Source: Hormiphora californensis
Lineage: Eukaryota > Animalia > Ctenophora
Direction of reading: 5' to 3'
DNA: 64,000 bases
Assembly (NCBI GenBank): GCA_020137815.1
Contig: CM035354.1
Coordinates: 2,790,001-2,854,000 of the forward strand
Shown: positions 56,608 through 64,000 of the stretch, piece by piece
How the letters are laid out: each line of letters opens with the position of its first letter
Numbering within the stretch: the first letter of the stretch is position 1
The notes under the pieces: generated by a model
What the model was told of the DNA's origin: nothing
The model's database searches: none
Seen by the model: only the letters and a program-made list of their open reading frames with translations
Made by a program: the position numbers and the translations under genes

Positions 56608-58368
56608 GTCGAGATCCCAATTCCAGTCACGTGACCTTATAGCGAGAAAGGGAGAGATTGATACGTTGAAGTAGAGAGTATCTAGTCTGTCTGGTTTTCT
56701 ACAGCTTGTTACCACTTCCAGACACCATGATCATGTCTGCTGGTTCAAGATGGAAAAGGAGAGCTGTAGCCCTACAGTAACACGTGACGTATGCGTGTTC
56801 AAGGCCTCATTAGCCCACTAGATGCAGCCGGACATGTGATCTTTGAGGGGTAAAATGACCTAAATTTGGCCTAATTAGAGCGTGTTACATCACTTTAAAC
56901 AGTTCCTGTGAACAAATGGTAAAATGTAGCAACTCGTAAAGCAGACAAAACATTTGAAATCGTCTTATCTGTCTCTCCTAAAAATTTGAACTCTCTATCT
57001 CATTAGACTCCAGAGATATGACTGTGTAAAGTTGGAGGAGGTTTTTGGGCAATAGATTCATTCAGGAACATTGAAATTTGCTGTAAAACTAGGAGAAAAT
57101 TGCTACAACCTAGTTTTATCATGTCCCAAAATTTGAAGTCGAAAGATGCCATAGTTTTCACGCAATTCGCAATATACCAGTCCCAGTCATTTAAAATCAC
57201 ACAGTAGATACTTCGAAGTATAATGTACTTCGAGGGGCCGAAGTTCTATCATCTCGCCTCCCATGAGATCTATCACTCTCGGCATTTGGCACCCGCTCAC
57301 TTTGTTGCTAGGATACCTGTTGACACATTGCAATCTCACAACTCCTCCATGTGACAGTGAGTCACATACAGCTGTAACCAAGTTCTAAACAGTTGTATTT
57401 CATTTCAGATAACCCTGAAGAAGGCGGGTTCAAAGAACATTAGTCTGGGGCATCACATTGACCATCTCATGCTGGGAGATCTCACGGGTTTCGAAGACGA
57501 ACTATTCCTTCATGAGGACATTCCATCGGTAAGTGCAGAGAATGAATATCAGTTTTCGAGGCTTTAATAAGTGCAGATGAAGAGTGAATGTTAGGTTTCG
57601 AGGCTTTGATTGATGGTTCAATAACCAGCTGAAACTTTTTTAAACCCTTTTTCATTGCAGGCGGTTTACAACCCGCTCCGTGATCACAACGAGTACTATT
57701 ACATTGCCGGCCATGACTCTGAGTACCATCTTCAACTGGTGCACACCGTTGTACAGCTATACGATGAAGACTCAAAGGAAGAACCATATCAGGTAACCGG
57801 GTGGTAACCATAGTAACACGGGGTACTCTTTGTGTAACCATGGCAACTCATTTGGTTGGGAAAAACCTTGTAATACTGATAAATCCACGGTAAAAATCCC
57901 GTTTTTCAGTACGTTTACACGCATAAGTACCACAAAACAACGGATTCCTACCCAGGCATCAAATTCTTCTTTGATTGGTCGCCCATCACTATAAAATATG
58001 GAATTATGTAAGTGTCTTTAATAGCGCCCCCCCCCCAATCGTATGGGATGATGATACTCCCTCAAGTCCTCTTTTATACGGTACATAAAAGCAGGGTACC
58101 CCGGTACGGGTATTATAGCCCCCGCGTCTCGTCACACCATGAAGTCTCTAGTTTACACCTTCAAGGGACCATATGATGGTACAATTGCATCTAACGTCCA
58201 ATCCAATCCAGGTCCTTCCATTTTGTTGACTTGTTGGGGGAGTACGCAGCACTAACGGGAGGAGTCTTCACAGCGGCATTGTTCCTCCACTCATTCCTCA
58301 TCAACTTCTTCCAGGCCGTCTATGATAAGACTCTGGCACCCTTAACAGCTACTAAACTAAGTGCTTAA
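49671..58368 (+). CDS. ERGIC-family protein, divergent paralogue C; intron 50336-57408 expanded by nested mobile elements
   Basis: FSKFDFFRTVPADFTSKSKTGG plus TM1; INITMLENSC; GSCKIEGIFRIQKVPG; HHIDHLMLG; FDWSPITI; TM2 GGVFT. Frame is preserved across GAG|GTGAG (50335) ... TTTCAG|ATA (57409). Confidence 0.8.
51465..55121 (-). CDS. Retrotransposon ORF, 1218 aa: two Myb-like domains, reverse transcriptase, CCHC zinc knuckle, restriction-like endonuclease
   Basis: FRPITCL, IDYQKAYDSI, GLFQGDSVSP, YMDDLKLY, YKYLGI; CRIC..ESVEHILNGC, RHD; KPDLV..IDVAVP..KIEKY. Confidence 0.95.
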   Translation of the reverse strand: MSTNTRKPRKVWSKQENLDLVYCYYRSNPGTSGSWKRLERLWEDKGYDPLPGKKLAGQFRSIEKSEHMVTPTEMTDMQALATGLNVLPVVDLTVNSNTAGPSTTTNGDTTDAPTPPPPPPPPPTRAPRTKWTTEMNTTLVFIHWYSQPEIRGVWNRVEERWLKTTYPSKTDTQLRSQMNSITHTGLLSPQRLMEIREAATSERENDNAARQAEPEDNPPPEPVAPTNPVENEEPAPNPETRELFKKLLDEPSLIKVTDLRQVPWGKLRVAIDRLSPVIRSFEVPDLTTLNTLLMVVAHVVREQMGIKPPSETTSNSPGRNKQPMWLRRLEESVAKLRSDLSRLTEMSRGATQKFQTIDTIYRRYPLLPKKGYKQVIEEVKQRLLAKAGKIRRYKKKQQTFADNNLFQNNQRNFYRKLEKRGSDPIPHESTPEDQTRTLNFWKDIWENDVGHNTEAEWLDEIQENFEAVNQQEDFQITTERVSARVKGMTNWSSPGIDGLHAFWIKHTACLHGRIAELLNESLTTGQVPGWMTEGRTYLLMKDPKKGMSDPGNFRPITCLPNLWKLYTGILSEDIYLHLDVNGLFPEEQKGCRRKSRGCKEQLAIDKLILRHCKRTKSSLYMSFIDYQKAYDSIPHSWILKSMEMLKINPQIIRLFEASFQQCIVNLVQSSSTLGKVHIKRGLFQGDSVSPIHFIIGLIPLSLLLAAQGRGYTISDPEAPTTDIDINHRLYMDDLKLYASSKEGLQQLLAVTEKFSTDINMSFGISKCGALDIVDGVRSRMQGIDLPSGKTIPEVEDGGYKYLGILEADSILHQEMKAKVKTEYTRRLKKLLSSNLSGKNLVVAINTWAIPVIRYGAGILDWTTTEAKGLDLITRKILRRGFLKYNSDVDRLYVSRKKGGRGLQRIEDVIVREGTGLATFFSNSTDPKIIALKTAMGREGMLTELPEEAETLTERLEAQLIENWKSKSLHGRFLKQLEEGGCDPDATWAWLNKESLSRYTEADVFAAQEQATRTNWLTAAIEKQPGESEKCRICNQHNESVEHILNGCQKLANGDYKHRHDRVAAALHWGMCKDYGFPAESKWWSHYAEKVLENENYKILWDFHIQTDNPIEACKPDLVLLDKQKREALLIDVAVPKDRLVSDRELEKIEKYQELRREVTRIWELKKATVIPIVIGALGGVSPRLEKYLMAITRQLYPSQLQKSALFNSMNTLRKFLDM
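55417..56170. repeat. Tandem array of about 30 units of 23-31 bp (core GGGGYAAACTATCCTC) in the retrotransposon 5' UTR
   Basis: About 30 ACTATCCTC-type cores counted; variants recur with a roughly 100-bp, 4-unit higher-order period. Confidence 0.9.
56412..56544 (-). ncRNA. HDV-like self-cleaving ribozyme at the retrotransposon 5' end
   Basis: P1 GGGGGAG/UUCCCCC; P2 GCCAC/GUGGC; P3 ACC/GGU; L3 UCCUAUC; P1.1 CC/GG; GCAAC; P4 GGUCACACGGA/UCCGUGUGGCC; J4/2 G-C-UAA. Confidence 0.85.
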
Positions 58369-58749
58369 TATATATGGACACTGTATTTGCAGGTGGCGTG
58401 ATGTGTAATTGGACACTGTATAATTTGTCATGTATGAATGACTGTAACCACGCATTCTGCAAGAGTTGCAGTCATACCCAAATCAACGCCGGTCCGGTTC
58501 GGAGAGTACAGTGAGACAAACACTATGTACATTGTACACACGGCGTGATTTATACATGGACACTAAAGCTTTTGAGGATTTTGAAAAAAGGCTTCATTTT
58601 ATCCAAATTTGTCAAGGCTAGGAAATTTCAATGACACTGTGTAATTTATTTGTGTAATTCATATTGTAAACTCTCTCAGATTAATCTTATATTTTGTACA
58701 ACTACCTGCTACCCCTACCTAATTAACCAGTATATACCATTTTAGCACT

Positions 58750-61140
58750 ATGCAATTATTTGACCTGCGTAGGTTGGATATATTCCAATCGCCCAGCGTG
58801 GATGTCGCAGAACCCTCAGTATCGGGAGGAGCCCTCACACTCTCGGCTCTCTTCTTCTGTGTCATCTGCTTTTTTGCGGAACTAGGAGACTTTCAGGAAG
58901 GTAATTTCTAATTAATTACTAACTTATTACTAATTAACTTTCATTGCTCATTTGAAGTGTTTTATTCGCATTCTTGCAGTGTATCAATGTACCCCCCCCC
59001 CCAGGAAAGACAAAAGAGTTGGTGTTTCTGGATGGAATGCCGGGGGGACATGATCACGTGACGGTGTACATGAACATTACCCTGTACGAGCTGGGATGTA
59101 AGGAGGTGTCACTGGACATTCAGGATAGACATGGCCGATTTGATATCGATCAGTATTCCCAATCAGAATTCCACAAGGTACAATAGTTACATAACAATAA
59201 TTACATAATTCCTATTCAATAAATTCTGGCATAGTTTCCTTTAGTTACTCTTTTTTATTTGAATTGTCCTCCACACAACCTTGTTGTCCCACACTCAGGC
59301 CATTACTTAACAAACAGATAATCCAATCGAACACTTGACAACACCCTCCCATCCTCCACTATCAATAACAGTTTCTCTCTCTCCCCCTGGCCAACACCCC
59401 TCTATCCACTATCAATAACAGTTTCTCTCTCCCTGGCCAACAGATATCAACGCCATCTGGTGGGTGCAATTTTGAGGGGAATATCTATGTGAGGCACATG
59501 CAGGGAAACTTCCACTTTACCCCCCGAGGGCAGCATCTCAACAACAAGACCATAACCCACGCCATACACGCTCTCAGGTTAGTAGCTGTATTTAGTCACT
59601 TTTTGTTATTTGTTTCTCTCTCTCTCTCTCTCCTCCCATATATTGTGATCGTCCGAATCTGTGAGCACTATACATAGTGCATACACGTACACACAATATT
59701 TCGCAGGTTTGGAGATCACATGACACACAATATTTCGCAGGTTTGGAGATCACATGACACACAATATTTCGCAGGTTTGGAGATCACATGACACACAATA
59801 TTTCTCAGGTTTGGAGATCACATTACACACAATATTTCTCAGATTTGGAGATCACATGACACACAATATTTCTCAGGTTTGGAGATCACATGACACACAA
59901 TATTTCGCAGGTTTGGAGATCACATGACACACAATATTTCTCAGGTTTGGAGATCACATTACACACAATATTTCTCAGGTTAGGATATCACATGACACAC
60001 AATATTTCTCAGGTTAGAAGATCACATGACACACAATATTTCGTAGGTTTGGAGATCACATGACACACAATATTTCTCAGGTTTGGAGATCACATGACAC
60101 ACAATATTACTCAGGTTTGGAGATCACATGACACACAATATTTCTCAGGTTTGGAGATCACATGACACACAATATTTCTCAGGTTTGGAGATCACATGAC
60201 ACACAATATTTCTCAGGTTTGGAGATCACATGACACACAATATTTCTCAGGTTTGGAGATCACATGACACACAATATTTCTCAGGTTTGGAGATCACATG
60301 ACACACAATATTTCTCAGGTTTGGAGATCACATGACACACAATATTTCGCAGGTTTGGAGATCACATGACACACAATATTTCTCAGGTTTGGAGATCACA
60401 TGACACACAATATTTCTCAGGTTTGGAGATCACATGACACACAATATTTCTCAGGTTTGGAGATCACATGACACACATAATATTCTCAGGTTTGGAGATC
60501 ACATGACGTGGGAGTTCGAGGACGCCCCCATGAGTACCAACTCCCTGGACCACGAGGAGAAGAGTACGAGCGAGGGCAAGACTCATGACTACCTGGTGAA
60601 ACTTGTCAAGACGGAGGTCGAAGATGAGGATGAGGGCACGACAATCTACCCCTTCCAGTATACCTTTACTCATCGAGATTTCGTAGGTAAGTTACCATTT
60701 CATGGTTACCATGGTTACAGAGTTAACATTCACGGTGAATCCCATGGAAATATTCCAAACTAGGCCCCATGTGCCCATGATACCGAATTATATATGCAGA
60801 TTATCATTGTACCACATGTATTCGACCAGTACCAACAAACCCTAATCTCTCCCTTTCTAGCACATGTTAGGGTTACAATAACAACCCCTAATATCTCCCT
60901 AATACCTCCCTAATCTCTCCCTTTCTAGCCCACCACAAAGGCAAGCCCCTGCCACCCCGGATATTCTTCCGTCTCCAGTTCTCTCCCCTTACCATGAAGT
61001 TCATGGTCCACCACACGGACACCTGGGTATTCCTGACCCGGCACTTGGCCATCTTCGGGGGCACATTCGCCATCCTCAAGATGTTCTTTAGCGGGGCCCA
61101 CGTGGCTCACGATACCATCAAGGGAGGGAAGTTCATGTGA
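58750..61140 (+). CDS. ERGIC-family protein, divergent paralogue D (5 exons)
   Basis: FDLRRLDIF..SGG plus TM1; MNITLYELGCKEVSLDIQDRHGR; GCNFEG..HMQGNFHF; HDYLVKLVKT; FQYT; FSPLTM; IFGGTF; ends GGKFM*. Confidence 0.85.
59690..60508. repeat. 34-bp minisatellite, about 24 copies, containing the acceptor and exon start of ERGIC paralogue D
   Basis: Unit acacaatatttctcag|gtttggagatcacatgac. Confidence 0.95.
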
Positions 61141-61541
61141 ACATGATGATGGACACACGTGATGAGAGAGGATCGGGAGGAATTTAATGATCCTCATCCT
61201 CGATCATCCTGATCAACTACTGGAATATAATTAGCACGTGCAGGTGCGCATCAGTGTTCAAGAGGAATGGTGGAGGTACTGGATTCTGTAACTTATTTGA
61301 ATTGGCTCTCAGCCAAATGTTTATTGTGTATACCGAAAAACTTTTATTAAACCCCCCTAGAAATTGGTGATTTCGGTATTATGTTTTTTTGGACGCGTGA
61401 TATAACGCAATATCTACGAGGTGTCTGAACTATTTCAACTCACAAATAAAGCATGCTTCGTGCTATTACAGCGGTCTGGCAGGTCATGATATAATGCAGC
61501 TCAGGCAAAACAGGCTTTACTACCACGTGTATAATAATGCT

Positions 61542-63806
61542 TCACGTGTCTTTTTTCTTGAATTGGAACATAGCCAACTTAGATTTAGTATCACCTGATA
61601 CAAGTGTGTTCAGTTTTTTGGAAGCACTCTTTTCGGTATCGTCAGATAGTCGCCGCTTAGCAGCCCGGTTTGTCGTTCCTTGGTTTTCTTTTGACTCTTC
61701 TCCTCTTTTCTCTTCCCTTTTCTCCTCCTCTCCCTCGTCTTCCTTCTCCTCTCCCTTTCCCTCCGGGATTTCCTCTGGTGAAGTTTCCACTGCAGCAGGC
61801 TCTTCATCCTCTTTACTCTCCACACGCTTCCTCTTGAACGAATCAGCGATACTTGCCTCCGGTTTTCCGGGTGGTGCTTTCGCTGCCTCCAGCCACTTGT
61901 TCTTCTCCTCCTGGGGAAGGTGCCTCCACTTGAGAGGACCCGATTTTACTTCCAACCCCTCCTGCTCTGCAAACCACATACTATATCCGGTCCTCTTTTT
62001 AGGGCCACCTTTCTTTGTGGCGGAGGGCTTCTTGGTAGTAGTACTCTGTTTCACGTCCACTAACCGTCCTATCTTCATCATACTTGACTTCTTGCCAAGA
62101 TCTGAGATGGTTGCCATGGTAGCAGACTTTTGTTCTGTTTTTCGTCTCTGCTCCACACCCTTGCTCTCAATACTCTCCAAGAATGAGGTGCTCCTCCTTT
62201 GGGTGTTCTTCACCTCGTTAGAGGGGACAGAGAATGGGTTACCGGGGAGAGTTGATGTTACCATGGGAACGGGAGTTTCTTCCTCTACTGGTATCTCCTC
62301 AATATCTTCCTGTTCGTCCTCTTTCTCGCTGATCACCTCACCTTGTTGTTTGAACTTTAGTGGTACAACCGTTTCATCAATGTTGGACACCCTTTTCTTT
62401 GGTTTTTGCACCTGTTATGGGGGAACAAAAAGTGATATTACTGAAACCTTATTAGAACTCTTACCGGTATCTCCATGGTAACTGCCCTGTGTGTTTCCAC
62501 TGTTTCCATGGTTACTTACATTCTGAATGACAACACGTTCGGGTAGGTTGTCAGCAAACGACTCAGGGTTGTATGCCACCTCCCCCGTAATAAAAATATC
62601 CTCCTCTTCTTCTTCCTAAGATAGGTATTGGAAGTCATATTGGAGGAGATAGACAGTTTTCTGGTGTTGTGTAAAGCACGTGTGTAAAGTACGTGTTTGT
62701 AGTGTGTATCTGGCGAGGAAATATATTGAAGAGAGAAGATTGAAGAGAGAAGATTGTATAAAAAGATGCTATTTAAAGTTGTTTTTAGTGAAAGAGCGAG
62801 GAAGATGGAGAGAGAGTGTGAGAGAGAATGGAGTGGAGCGTGTAAGCAGTATCCTGTCTCAAGATAGCAACGTACTAGGTTAGCTACGTGTCCAATTGTG
62901 ACGTGTACCGGCCTGTAGTACATCCTAACAATACCCATTACCATGGTTACCAACACTGGTTACCATGACAGCACTGGTTACTAACCAGTGTTGCCGAGGT
63001 TACTAAGACAACAAACATACCTCATCGCCGTTTCTCAGTAGATCATTAATCTTGGTAGCAAGGATGACTCGACCCGATTTACTGGCATATCGTGCTGCCA
63101 TCTCCAGACTATTCTGAGAGGGCATCATCTTGGCTAACTCGAAGGCCTTGTAATCTCGGCCATTCTTCACCGCTATGGCCATTAGTTTGAGAAGATGAGT
63201 CACCTCTTCCCGCTCAATTTCCGATACTTTCACTTCCTGAGAGAGAGAATTGCTGCAGTTCAGTGTCTGCTGTGCAAGCTAGCTGGACTGGAAGTAGAAG
63301 CAGTACACTTTTGCAGATGTCTCACAAAATGATATCCATAAAAGTACGTTCTAGCATGTCGGGGGGGGGGGGGGGGGGTTTGAAGTCGCTTCAACAGCCC
63401 AATTTGGAAAAGTTGGGCGGAAAACTTCAGCTACAAAAACCGACCCCCCCCCCCCCCTTGCATGTCCGGGCACCACCCGCAGACAAACCTTCTCAATGGT
63501 ATTCACGTTCCCCAGATCGTAGGACCTCACAAAGTTAAGCAGTCGACCCTGCTCCAGAGCGCTCCTCTCCGAGCTGACATCACAGAGTGGCATTGTGAAC
63601 GGTGACCCTGATACGATGGGACGAGGGGAGAGTCCCGGATAGCTAACACCTTTGCAAAGCACAAACCGGATCTGGGTATCAGATACGGAAACGGGCCAGT
63701 ATGTTTCAGAGCTACTCCGTTTCTGGGTTTTAAAGTCCATGATGGGTACCCAGAGGAACCCACTTTGGGGTAGGAGGGCTCTTGCTACTCCCTCACTGTC
63801 AAATAC
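61542..63806 (-). CDS. WDHD1: WD repeat and HMG-box DNA-binding protein 1 (AND-1/Ctf4), 3' exons; 5' part outside window
   Basis: SepB-type segments (YWPVSV..CKGVSYPGLSPRP..F.MPLC; LLKLMAIA..AFELAKMM..AARYASKSGRVILATKI), degenerate HMG box (KRTGYSMW..KWRHLPQEEKNKW) and C-terminal KSKLAMFQFKK. Confidence 0.9.
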
Positions 63807-64000
63807 CTGGAAATGAATTATATCTTATTATATGACGCAGCTGACCAGAAAGCTACTGAATCTTTCTCTCTCTCTTTGTCAAGAAGGAAACACTTGAGAT
63901 GTGTGACCCTGTTGTGAAACAAGGTTTTGTAAAACCTTGTTTCACTTGTCACAACAGTTCAGCTCTCCGCATCCCCGGATCGAGCATTATACAGGACACC

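Larger units (their letters stand above)
50360..57204. mobile_element. Non-autonomous foldback DNA transposon with 599-bp inverted arms (50360-50958, 56606-57204) and TA duplication, hosting the retrotransposon
   Basis: Arms are reverse complements with about 8 substitutions seen by eye; ta|CTGTGTG ... CACACAG|ta. Confidence 0.88.

Noticed and set aside
50343-57200. Duplicated ORFs (ILNDWDWYIANC..., MVTSCRKPDRLD...) at both sides of the LINE read as LTRs or genes
   Set aside because: The repeats are inverted, not direct, and belong to the foldback element.
61537-62481. 314-aa plus-strand ORF
   Set aside because: Antisense shadow of the Lys/Glu-rich last WDHD1 exon.

Overview
Eukaryotic (animal) intron-rich DNA. 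It is probably from a ctenophore such as Pleurobrachia; this is an unverified inference from a 109-bp MITE whose translation I recall from P. bachei gene models. Positions 1-44749 (minus strand) hold the 5' part of one very large multi-exon gene for a secreted or surface mosaic protein: signal peptide, PAN/lectin-like and two kringle domains, GCC2/GCC3-type Cys repeats, sushi-like modules and many Ig domains. This gene runs off the window start. Head-to-head with it are four divergent ERGIC1/ERGIC-32-like paralogues (45335-61140, plus strand), only 129-381 nt apart. Each downstream gene has an AG 2-8 nt before its ATG, which suggests a trans-spliced operon. One intron of the third paralogue holds a nested insertion: a TA-flanked foldback element with 599-bp arms contains a (TC)n microsatellite, which contains an intact RLE-type (R4-like) non-LTR retrotransposon. 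That element has two Myb-like domains, about 30 tandem repeats in its 5' UTR, and an HDV-like ribozyme fold whose predicted cleavage site coincides with its 5' end. The window ends in the 3' part of WDHD1/AND-1 (minus strand). Three patterns recur across the window: tandem amplification of exon-intron junctions, a hAT-like MITE found within about 40 nt of a splice donor in all nine copies, and many RFX X-box-like palindromes in introns. Exon boundaries were read by eye and may be off by a few nt.
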